Shown piece after piece: positions 53,237 through 64,000 of a DNA stretch of 64,000 nt. The stretch comes from Chiloscyllium plagiosum. Lineage: Eukaryota. The translations under genes and the position numbers were made by a program. Below the pieces are notes generated by a model. The model did not search any database and had not been told where the DNA came from. It saw only the letters and a list, made by a program, of their open reading frames with translations. Positions within the stretch are counted from its first letter, which is position 1, and every line of letters begins with the position of its first letter. The stretch lies in the NCBI RefSeq assembly GCF_004010195.1, contig NC_057718.1, forward strand, positions 46,677,274 through 46,741,273, written 5' to 3'.

Positions 53237-53500
53237 CATATCCATCCCAATGCTTCTTAAATGTTGTAATTGCACCTGCCTCCATCACTTCCTCTGGCAG
53301 CTAATTCCATACATGCACAACCCTCTGCATGAACAAATTACCCCTCAGGTTCCTTTCAAATCTTGCCCCTTTCACCTTAAACATATACCCTTTACATTTG
53401 ACTCCCCTATCTTGGGGAAAAGACCATGCCCTTCAAGATTTTGTAAACCTCTATAAGGTCACCCCCTCAGCCACTGATGCTCCAGGCGAAATAGCCCCAT
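53200..53500 (-). mobile_element. CR1 3' fragment
   Basis: Reverse complement of the ORF2 end. Confidence 0.8.
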
Positions 53501-55004
53501 ATAACTGCACTACTCCTACTTCTGTCCCTCCAAGTCAACATGCTGCTTTGAACAATTATGTGATACATAGTGGAACAGGTTATGTATTCGTCAAATACAA
53601 AGCTTGGCCCTGATGATCCTAAGACACCCCAAAGGGGTACATTTTAAAATGTTATTTTACAATCCCCTGCAGAATTGAGAGGTGCACTCATGCTCCTTCC
53701 ACCCAGACACAGAGCATTTCTGACTCTCTTGATCAATTTGCCCTTAGTGTCGCTCCCCTCAGTCACATCCAGGTCCTTCCCTATCCTTTATCCATACTGC
53801 AGCCTCCAATTGACATACTCAGCCATTACCAAGGTAGTGGAGCTGAGGTAACTGATCAATTTCATGGAAATGCGTAGGGCTGCTCTTTGCTGCCTTCACA
53901 AGTTCAACATGCTCTGTGCCAACCATCTCTAGTTTCAGTAAACCATCCTTAACGGTTCTTTTCAAATAACCTTTTCATATGTAAACTGTTGCTTCTTAAG
54001 CTACCTTAAAATAATTTATGAATAGTCAATTGCCTATTTTTAGGTCAGTGCATGTCCCAAGTCCCAAGGTTGTGACAAAAAGCAGTCTCTACTTGAAATA
54101 TTTTGGTGTTAATCGTGTAACCTCCATAATGACAAAGTTGGAACAGAGTTTGGATCTATGCAGGCAAATGCTTTTCAATGCATAGGCCCAGCTCTTAATT
54201 GCAAACCGGCAACAGAATGACTCAGAATAATTCCTACCTCTCTAATTGCTCAGTTCTAACATTTGGACAACTCAGTTCAAAGCTACAGAGTAAGTGACTT
54301 GTGCAAGGGTGCCTATGTCCAGTTATAGCAAGATTCAACTGATTGAGATTCCTTCTGTTTTTGTCATTCAGAGATCTATAAAGGGCCATGTCCAGTTCCT
54401 GGCCTTTCCTTAGGGTTCTGCAAAGAGTGAGAGGAGAGGACAGGGAGAGAAGAGGGAGAAATGACAAGTGTTGGATGGAAACTGGAGAGCATTTACTCAG
54501 AGTACCTATGAGGAATAGGCATGCTATTGTGCAAAACTGAGGGTGCATGTCACTGGTGGATAGTTAGACAGGGATATGAGGAACTATATAAATAAAAGGT
54601 ACACCTGGAACATTGGTTGGTGTGTATAGTGATATGCCACACTAAACTTGAGAAGGCAGAGTGAAGGAATTAATACATTCATGATGTAAGTCAATGCACC
54701 ATTAATCCCACATTCCCTGACTTGTTTAGGGCATTGAAGCACTCCCTACATTGGATCAACGGGCATGTTGCATCTGATCCTAAACCCTTGGACAATCTCG
54801 ATCCACATATCTTTGAATCAACAGCAGGCTTCTCCCTCCGATTATGAAGGAATAGTACTTCCCTGCGTTGATCTGGGTTCTTATAACCTCCTAAAATATA
54901 TTCAGGGAGAAACTGGAAAAGCCAGCTATAGCCTTTGACAGTGTTGACTCCATTTCAAGTTTTGTTCCTCTCTTCATGGCTACTACAAGATTTCAGAACG
55001 CATG

Positions 55005-55243
55005 TCACAGAATCCCTACAATGTGGAAGCAGACCATTCAGCCCATACTGACCCTTTGAGGGGCATCCCACTGAGACCCATAGCTATTCCACCTAACCTG
55101 CACATCTTTGTGACTGTGGGAGGAAACCAACACAGACACAGGAAGAATTTGCAAACTTCACGCAGACAGTTGCCTGAGGGTGGAATCGAACCTGGGTCCC
55201 TGGCACTATGAGACAGCAGTGCTAACCACTGAGCCACAGTACT
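55005..55243 (-). mobile_element. HE1/V-SINE-like tRNA SINE
   Basis: A-box tggctcagtgg, B-box ggttcgattcc, V-domain-like gtttgcaaattcttcctgtgtctgtgttggtttcctcccacagtc. Confidence 0.85.
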
Positions 55244-55934
55244 GGCTGTCTAGATTACTCCTTTAAATGATGAAATGAGACCAGGTCATCATCATGCCCA
55301 ATGCTGGTAATTGACCTTGAAATCCAAAAATAGAATGATAATAGGATATCTCAGTTTAAATGTCACTGAAAGAATCTCCGCATTTATTCTACCTCCAGAA
55401 TTCACCCACACTCAAACCCAACCTCAAGTTTTTGACCAGAATAGTGGCTAAAAATGTATTAAAGATTTTTATCCTCACTTTCTTTTTTGAAAAACAAGAA
55501 ATTCTAAAAGAGTTATTGTTCTCTGAAGTCTATGATAACATGATCAGAAACCTTGGCATGGAAAGAGATCAAAGTCACATGGTGTAATTAGATTAGACCA
55601 GCAGTATTTTAAGGAATGTGCACATATAAACAAAATAATTACTGTCATGACACTGCCCTACAGAAAGCCAGAAGAACTAATGGTTCTGAACCCTAGAGCA
55701 CAGAGACACAAACACTGATACAATTATATTATCAGAGGTGATACAACCTGTTTGAAGAAATGCAATTATACCCTTTGTGTCATGGTTAGCTTGCCATAAT
55801 CATCTGACATTTACCGCTGCTGTAAGTGCCTTTCTATATAGTCTGTGGCAGCCATTAAACATACATTACTATTACTGTACAAAGTGTCAGAAAAGGTACA
55901 GCTAAGAATGTACTATACAACATCAAAGCCTGCT

Positions 55935-57200
55935 TCCTGTAAAGATTCTATTCCTACATCACTGTCACATCTGTTCTGATGATGGCAACTTCTACAAGGC
56001 CTCCGAAATGTTCACCCTCTTCCTCAACTGAAGATTCCACAGCACTGGAGTTGACAAGGCCCTCAGGCATGTGTGACCCATCCCCCACACTTACGGCCTC
56101 ACCTCCTCTCTTCCCTCCCATAGCAGTGATACGGTCCCCTGGTCTTCACCTGGCCCACCACATCCACATCAAGAGGATCGTTAGCTGCCATTTTCTGCCA
56201 TCTCCAGCAAGATGCCACCACCAGACACATATTCTCCTCCTCTCTCTAGTTAGCATTCAGCAAGGACCATTCCTTTAAGGACACCCTAGTCCACTCCTCC
56301 TTCTCTCTCAACACATCGCCCCACAGCCATGTGACACCTTCCCCTGCAAATGCAGAAGGTGTAATACCTGCCTATTTACTTCCTCCCTCCTCAGTACCCA
56401 AGGACCCAGACAGACACAGACACAGGAAGAATTTGCAAACTCCACACAGCCTGAGGGTGGCATCGAACCTGGGTCCCTGGTGCAAGAGGCAGCAGTGCTA
56501 ACCACTGATCCAGGTGAAGTAGCTATTTACCTGCACTTCACTCAATCTTGTTGATTGCACGTACTGCTCTCAGTGTGGTCTCCTCTACTTTGGGGAAATG
56601 AAGCATAGACTTCGTGACCGTTTCACAGAAAAGACCCTGAGCTTTTTGTTGCCTGTTACTTCAACACACCACCCTATTCTCTGGCCAATATCTCTGTCTC
56701 AGGCTTGCTGCAATGCTCCAGTGAAGCTAAGCACAAGTTGGAAGAACAGAAACTTATTTTCCACTTGGGAACTGTACAGCCTTCTGGACTCAATATCGAG
56801 TTTAACAGCTTTAGGGCTTGGCACCTTCTCTCATATCCATACCCCCACTCCCACACACCAGGTCTTGTTACCACATGTCTGCTATTACACATAACACATT
56901 GTTAGCCACTAATAGTCCCCATTATTAGCTATTTTCCTGGGCTGACTGTATCGACTCCTTTGTCTAACTGTTTTTCTCTCTCTTTGAGCTCTGACTCCAT
57001 CTACCGTTTATTCCTTACCCCACTCCCCCAATCCTACCTTTTGCATACACAACAACTTTCCCCTAGCTACCATCAGTTCTGAAGAAGGGTCACTCGACCC
57101 GAAACGTTAACTCTGATTTCTCTCCACAGATGCTGCCAGACCTGCTGAGTTTCTCCAGCATTCTTCTGTGGATCTCCAGCATCCACAGTTGTTTGTTTTA
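55935..57200 (+). mobile_element. Penelope-like element 3' part (RT C-terminus, GIY-YIG, terminus)
   Basis: CKDSIP..ICSDD; C.CRRCNTC; FTCTSLNLVDC..CSQCGLLYFGEMKHRLRDRF; LEEQKLIFHLGTVQPSGLNIEF; nested SINE fragment at ~56410-56507 (minus). Confidence 0.88.
57075..57112 (+). ncRNA. Best-preserved minimal type I hammerhead ribozyme
   Basis: AGTT-CTGAAGA-A-GGGTC(ACTC)GACCC-GAAA-CGTT-AACT: intact core, 5-bp stem II, 4-bp stem I, palindromic AACGTT stem III. Confidence 0.78.
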
Positions 57201-57994
57201 TTGCAAAGAATATGTCTTTGTTTGCAGAGGCATCCTCTGCATTGGGATACAAGAAAGGGGAACAGACTTGCATTTGCCAATATGCTGGTGAATGCAACAC
57301 TCCTTTTAAAGGAAGTTAATGCTAAAACAGTGTGTCTTGTATATTTAACCAGAAGCAACAGCTTGCATGCTCTGGAAATCATCAACCCAGCAACAGTGAA
57401 ACTGGAAGAGCAGCATTTTGCTCAAATTAGGCAAATAATGCAGCAAAGTGCAATTTCCCAGTGCAGTGGAACTTGTGATGAAAGAATGGCCAAAGTATCA
57501 AAGACACACTCATGCATTAGGCACAGAGGAATAAAGTGAAAGCCCAAGGCAGCATCTCATACAAAGAATAATTATCTCTAAGGCGATGAGGATAGAGATC
57601 TTAACATATATTAACTTCATCAAAGTATTTGAAGGAAGCACAATTGGTACGCCAATGGTCAAATGAGAAATGCTTTCAGCAATACGATTAAAGGTCACAT
57701 CAGCCTATGCAGTGCTTGCTGCAAATACTAAGCTCAGCTATTTAGTGAGCATGACATTAGCTGTGCATTTACTACAGGCAGTGGGTCAGATAGAAGTCAC
57801 TGTGGCTCAGCAAGCAAAATGGATCAGCAACAGCACTCACTACAGCATCAACATTGCCTGGAAGAGGAAGATTACATCAGGAATGAGCATATATTAGAGG
57901 AACAGACAATGACAATGTGCATGGATACCATTAAGAGACCCATACGATTTAAAGACAATGTATGCATGTACAAATAGTAATGGAAATCACTGAA

Positions 57995-58120
57995 AGTAAG
58001 GTCGCCATCATAGATCATATGGCTGCCCTTTCATTAGAGGGAGACAACTGGTGGTGGCTTAATCTGAAGGTCACCACGCCTCAGGCAAGGGAGATGTTTG
58101 AGAAGGTGAGGCCTTCACAG
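57995..58120 (-). mobile_element. SINE 3' part (family of 8455-8642)
   Basis: Reverse complement tgaaggcctcaccttctcaa...gaggcgtggtgaccttcagattaagccaccaccagtt. Confidence 0.55.
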
Positions 58121-59177
58121 TTAGCACGCTGCTTGTTAATGAATGGTAGTTTTGTTTGTAATCATGTATATTGAATAACTTACATACATGTAATTGCAAA
58201 TGATAATACATGCAAATTTTGTTTTTTTTATAAACAGTGGAATGTTTGGAGAAATGCAATTGTACCTTTTGTACCGGTTGGCTTGCCATAGTCATGTGAC
58301 CTCTGCTATAAGTCATTTTGTGTGCAGTCTGCAGCAGTCACTCAATACACTTATAACAGAACCCACCTTTAAATTGTCGCAATTATTTCCTGACAGCACA
58401 TCATGCAATTGCTATCTGTCATATGCCAGTTTTTGGCGAATTCTGACATCTAATATGAGCTGTAATATAAAACTGAACTTAAAAGTGAAACAAAATAATG
58501 TAGAACCGTAGAGGATGCTACTGAGCAGTGATACAAGATATAAGCATTATCTCTCCAGAGAGAATATCAGTTAGTCAGTAGAACAAACATTCACAACGTT
58601 TGCCTCCTCATGCCTCGGGTGTTCCTATTTTGAGAATGCTCAGTTGCTAAAGGATAACAGCAGACAACACAAATGACTACATATTGTCCCTGGGGTTACT
58701 TGCTCAGGTCAGGCATGCTATAGTGCCCACATCATCATCCATTTTAAATCAGAATGTCTTATTTAACTGCAGCATTCATTCTCTTATGCACTGTGGATGT
58801 TTATTTTTGTGGCCTCGCAACTGAAAAATTTGACTAATATTACGGAATAGCAAAAGGCTTTTTTTTTGTCATTTTTAGAATAGCAGGCTTGGACCTTCCA
58901 ACTGAGGACATTGGTGGATTAATTCAGCACGGACCCATTAATACAGACCAGTAAAGTTTCGGCTTGTCGTTTCAGCTCAGACAATGCAATTCGTTCAAGC
59001 ATACTGCAGTTAAGTCACCATCCAACAAATCCTTCCCTTCACTGCAAAAACTCTCTACTAGCTGAAGACAGATTTTTGAGTTGTATTACTGAAAATCAAC
59101 CATATTCAAATGTGTAGTGTGGGGAACCTCCATAACATTCCCCATCCCCCAAGAGTCCTTGGCTGCAAAGGAAAACA

Positions 59178-60262
59178 AAATAAATAAAAACTGAAAGAAC
59201 TGCAGATACTGTAAGTCGAAAACAGCAACAGAAATTCCTGGAAAAGCTCAGCAGGTTTGGCAGCATGTGTGAAGAGAAATCAAAGTTAACTTTTTGAGTC
59301 CAGTGACCTTTCCTCAGAACTGATGGTAGCTAGGAAAATGTCAGTTCATATGCAGAGGATAGGGTGAGGGTGGGGATAGAGCCCAAAGAGAGAGAATAAC
59401 AGTTAGACAGATAAAGGAATGGATTACGATCTGGCAGGAAAGGTGTTAATGGTAACTGTTAGTGGCTAACAACAGGTAATGTGTAATGGCAGGCTATGCG
59501 ATAACAAGGCCTGGTGTGTAGACCGAGGGGCTTGGACATGGAAGGGTTCAGGCCCTAAAATTATTGAACTCGATATTGAGTCCAGAAGGCCATAGGGTCC
59601 CCAAGTGGAAAATAAGGTGTTATTCTTTCAGCTTGTGTGGAGCTTCACTGGAGCACTGCAGCAAGCCAGAGACAGAAATGTTGGCCCGAGAACAGGGTGA
59701 TGTGTTAAAGTGGCAGGCAACTGGAAGCTCAGGGTCTTTTTGCAGGCAGAACGTAGACGTTTCTGCAAAGCGGTCACCCAGTCTATGCTTTGATTCCCCA
59801 GTGTCGAGGAGAAGCTCAGCAAAGCTCAGTGCAAGCTAGAAGAATAACACCTTAATTTCCACTTGGGGACCGTGTAGCCCTCTGGACTCAATATCGAGTT
59901 CAATAATTTTAGTGCCTGAACTCTCCCATGTTGCAGCCCCCTACTCCACACACCAAACCTTGCTATTACACACGACCTAGTGTTAGTGACTAATAATCTC
60001 CATTAACAACTATTCACCCTCCTAGCCAGATCGTTATCCACTCATTTATCTGTCCAACTCTTCTTCTCTCTCTGTGTTCTATCCCCAACTATCGTTTATC
60101 CTTACTCCCTCCTCTCACCCTATCTTCTGTATATAAACCGGCATTTTCCTCGCTACAATCAATTCTGAGGGAGGGTCACCTGACCCGAAAGGTTAACTCT
60201 GATTTCTCTTCACAGATGCTGCTAGACCTGCTCAGCTTTTCCGGCAAGTTCTGTTTTTGTTT
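59178..60262. mobile_element. Large fold-back Penelope-like insertion with 12-bp TSD
   Basis: Minus copy ~59190-59810 and plus copy ~59820-60262 of the GIY-YIG tail + terminus; TSD caaaggaaaaca at 59166-59177 and 60263-60274. Confidence 0.85.
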
Positions 60263-60364
60263 CAAAGGAAAACAGTATCACCACCACAAAGACATTGTCA
60301 TTTGCCTACTGCAATGGAGCAGGCATTAGGGGCTGAATTAGACACTCCTGCTCTGAGTTCTTAC

Positions 60365-60535
60365 ACACAAATCACACAAACCAGCTTTCCATCTGTTGAC
60401 TCCATCTACTCTTCTCCTTGCTGCGGAAAGGCAGCCAACATCATCAAAGACCCTTCCCAATCTGGTCATAAGCTCTTCCAACCTCTTCCATCAGGCGGAA
60501 TATACAGAAGCTTAAAACACATGTATCAACAGGTT
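60365..60535 (+). mobile_element. Rex1/Babar-type LINE 3' fragment
   Basis: PSVDSIYSSPCCGKAANIIKDPSQSGHKLFQPLPSGG.YRSL. Confidence 0.75.
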
Positions 60536-60618
60536 ATTTGTCCAAAATGAAGGGTACATCATTCCAGACAAAGAAACATTCTCTTTACCCTGGTCTAGAG
60601 GGCTTAGTCCCAGCTAGG

Positions 60619-62530
60619 CATAGAGTCATAGAGATGTACAGCATGGAAACAGAACCTTCAGTCCAACCCATCCATGCCGACCAGATATCCCAGCCCAATC
60701 TAGTCCCACCTACCAGCACCCGGCCCTATCCCTCCAAACCCTTCCTATTCATATACCCATCCAAATGCCTTTTAAATATTGCAGTTGTACCAGCCTCCAC
60801 AACTTCCTCTGGCAGCTCATTCTATACACGTACCACCCTCTGCATGAAAATGTTGCCCTGTAGGTCTCTTTTAAATCTTTCCCCTCTCATCCTAAATCTA
60901 CGCCCTCTAGTTCTGGACTCCCTGACCCCAGGGAAAAGACTTTGTCTATTTATCCTATCCATGCCCTCATGATTTTGTATACCTCTATAAGGTCACCCCT
61001 TAGCCTCCAACGCTCCAGGGAAACCAGCCCCAGCCTGTTCAGCCTCTCCCCATAGCTCAAATCCTCCAACCCTGACAAACATCCTTGTAAATCTTTTCTG
61101 AACCCTTTCAAGTTTCACAACATCTTTCCGATAGGAAGGACACCAGAATTGCACGCAATATTCCAACAGTGGCCTAACCAGTGCCCTGTACAGCCCAAAC
61201 ATGACCTCCCAACTCCTGACTCAATACTCTGACCAATAAAGGAAAGCACACAAAATGCCTTCTTCACAATCCTATCTACTTGCGACTCCACTTTCAAGGA
61301 GCTATGAATCTGCACTCCAAGGTCTCTTTGTTCAGCAACACTCCCTAGGACCTTACCATTAAGTGTATAATCCTGCTAAGATTTGCTTTCCCAAAATGCA
61401 GCACCTTGCATTTATCTGAATTAAACTCCATCTGCCACTTCTCAGCCCATTGGCCCCTCTGGTCCAGATCCTTATGTAATTAAGGTAACCTTCTTCGCTG
61501 TCCACTACAACTCCAATTTTGGTGTGATCTGCAAACTTACTAACCATACCTCGTATGCTCGCATCCAAATCATTTATAAATGACAAAAGGTAGAGGACTC
61601 AGCACCAATTCTTGTGGCACTCCACTGGTCACAGGCCTCCAGTCTGAAATACAACCATCCACCACCACCCTCTGTCTGCTACCTTTGAGCCAGTTCTGTG
61701 TCCAAATGGCTAGTTCTCCATGTACTCCATGAGATCTAACCTTGCTAATCAGTCTCCCATGGGGAACCTTGTCGAACGCTTTACTGAAGTCCATATAGAT
61801 CACATCTACCGTTCTGTCCTCATCAATCCTCTTTGTTACTTCTTCAAAAACTCAATCAAGTTTGTGACACATGATTTCCCACACACAAAGCCATGTTGAC
61901 TATTCCGAATCAGTCCTTGCCTTTCCAAATACATTTACATCCTGTCCCTCAGGATTCCCTATAACAACTTGCCCACCAATCACTTCTCTAGCTTCCCACA
62001 GAGTTCTAGGGTACACCTGATCAGGTCCTGGGGATTTATCCACCTTTATGCGTTTCAAGACATCCAGCACTTCCTCCTCTGTAATATGGACATTTTTCAA
62101 TGTGTCACCATTTATTTCCCTGCATTCTATATCTTCCATGTATTTTTCCACAGTAAATACTGCTGCAAAATACTCGTTTAGTATTTCCCCCATTTTCTGT
62201 GGCTCCCCACAAAGGCCACCTTGCTGATCTTTGAGGGGCCCTATTCTCTCCCTAGTTACCCTTTTGTCCTTAATGTATTTATAAAAACCCTTTGGATTCT
62301 CCTTAATTCTCTATTTGCCAAAGATATCTCATGTCCCCTTTTTGCCCTCCTGATTTCCCTCTTAAGTGTACTCCTACTGCCTTTATACTCTTCTAAGGAT
62401 TCCATTGATCTATCCTGTCTATATCTGACATATGCTTCCTTCTTTTTCTTAACCAAACCCTCAATTTCTTTAGTCATCCAGCATTGCGTATACCTACCAG
62501 CCTTTCCTTTCACCCTAACAGGAATATACC
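60619..62530 (-). mobile_element. CR1 LINE, ORF2 mid-to-3' end with internal deletion
   Basis: REIRRAKRGHE, KSPGPDQVYPR, YMDFSKAFDKVPHGRL, SGVPQ.LVL, FADHTKIG, LYRALVRPLLEYC; tail catagagtcatagag. Confidence 0.95.
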
Positions 62531-62881
62531 TTCCCTCAGAACCACAGGGTAGTGCTGGAGGTTAATCATTTAAACCAGACTCTGAGATGAACCAAATATC
62601 AGTGACCTTCTGGCTGTGTACGCCCAGAACCATCCTAATCCTTAAAAGTTTAGTCTCCAAAATTATCTGGAAGTGAATGGTTGGAATCCTCATCCCCAGT
62701 GATAGACCTTTCAGATCTAATAAATGATTTACCAGTGTGGCTTAATCATTCACAATATCATAAAGTACTATGAACCTGTCCAGCTCAGTTTACTGGGTTG
62801 GCCTTGGATGGATAGTTTGCTTCCAAAATTCAATTTCCCAATCCATCATTTAGCATCACTATGACTCAAAACTAACCTCCA

Positions 62882-63378
62882 CCATAACCATAAGACATAG
62901 GAGCAGAAAGTAGACCAAACAGCCCACTGAGTCTGCTCTGTCATTCAATGAGATCATGGCTCATCTGATCATCCTCAACCCCACCTTGCTGTCTTTTCCC
63001 TACAACTCTTCAATTCCCTGACTGATTAAAAATCAGCCTTGAATATATGTAATGAACCAGTCTTGACAGCTCCCCTCACTTAATAATTTTACAGATTCAC
63101 TACCTTCTGAGAGAAGATATTCCTCCTCATCTGTCTTAAACAGGTAATCAGTGATCCTGAGACTAATCCCTCTGCTCTTAGCCTCTCCCATATGGGAAAG
63201 CACACCTGTGTTAAATATCCAGGGATCTGGAAGGATTCAATAAGGTGGCCTCTCATTCTTCAAAACCCCAATGAGTACAGGCCCAACCGACTCAATCACT
63301 CCTCATCAGACAGGAACTCCATAACTAGCATCAGCCTAGTGAATCTTCACTGAACAGCCTCTAATGCCAGTATCTACC
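62882..63378 (-). mobile_element. CR1 3' portion, (TCTTATGG) tail subfamily
   Basis: Begins ccataaccataagacataggagcaga; reverse complement of the 19778-20497 type. Confidence 0.8.
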
Positions 63379-63399
63379 ATTGGAGAATATTCATGAATT

Positions 63400-63490
63400 G
63401 AGAGTGGTGCTGGAAAAGCACAGCCGGTCAGGCAGCATCCGAGGAGCAGTAAAATCGATGTTTCGGACATCTGCAGTCCTCCCTTTTGCC
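63400..63490. mobile_element. Collapsed PLE-terminus insertion
   Basis: gtgctggaaaagcacagccggtcaggcagcatc... then catctgcagtcctccc; flanked by atattca repeats. Confidence 0.65.
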
Positions 63491-63624
63491 ATATTCACTA
63501 ATTGGCCACTGTCCAACTGGCAAGCATGGGTTTGCATTTGCTGGATAGAAGCCAAGAGGAGCTCAGCATAAGCACAACTATTCACATAAGCTGTCAGAAT
63601 GCATTGCCACCCATTTTGTCAGCA

Positions 63625-63945
63625 CAATAAAGTATACCAGAGAAAACATTCTATCTGGATGCAGTTGCTTGGTATAGCAACTGGTCTGTTAGGACCATAA
63701 GAAATTACATAAAGTTGTGAACACAGCCCAGAACATCACACATGCCAGTGTTCCATCCATTGACTCCATCTACTCTTCTCGTTGCTGCAGAAATGTAGCC
63801 AACATCATCAAAGACCCTTCCCACTCCGGTCATAATCTCTTTCAAACTCTTCCATCAGGCAGAATATAGAAAGCTTAAACACATACGTCAAAATGTTCAA
63901 GATCAGCTTCTTCCCTGCCTTTATTAGATTTCTGAATGGATCTCT
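63625..63945 (+). mobile_element. Rex1/Babar-type LINE 3' end
   Basis: ENILSGC..AWYSN.S..D.KKL.KVV.TAQNIT, IIKDPSHSGH.LF..LPSGR, SFFPAFIRFLN. Confidence 0.8.
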
Positions 63946-64000
63946 CAAATTTAATGTTGATCTTGCTTTTTTGCACATCTTCTTTGATTCCTTGCTCTGT

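Noticed and set aside
55170..55243. tRNA gene
   Set aside because: A and B boxes run straight into a SINE body; it is a SINE head, as at 8455 and 56460
57168..57897. ORFs of 123 and 75 aa as host exons
   Set aside because: The first begins inside a PLE terminus; no recognisable domain or convincing splice pair, and both are opposite to the inferred gene strand

Overview
Vertebrate nuclear DNA, very probably from a shark (inferred from repeat content: abundant CR1-type LINEs with short microsatellite tails, an HE1/V-SINE-like tRNA SINE, Penelope-like elements and Rex1). Most of the window is nested, decayed retroelements: about 20 CR1 fragments, an L2-group LINE, Rex1 fragments, several SINEs, a decayed class I-like endogenous retrovirus (RNase H and integrase still recognisable), a small LTR element with a coiled-coil ORF remnant and a nested solo LTR. 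Many Penelope-like (PLE) ends carry minimal hammerhead ribozyme (HHR) motifs, often as fold-back insertions with 8-15 bp target-site duplications (TSDs). The only host-gene signal is a probable minus-strand terminal coding exon (47113-47041) followed by a ~4.1 kb 3' UTR with AATAAA at 42964-42959; I cannot name the gene. There are three assembly gaps and no prokaryotic-type systems. All calls were made by eye, and element boundaries are approximate unless a TSD is quoted.
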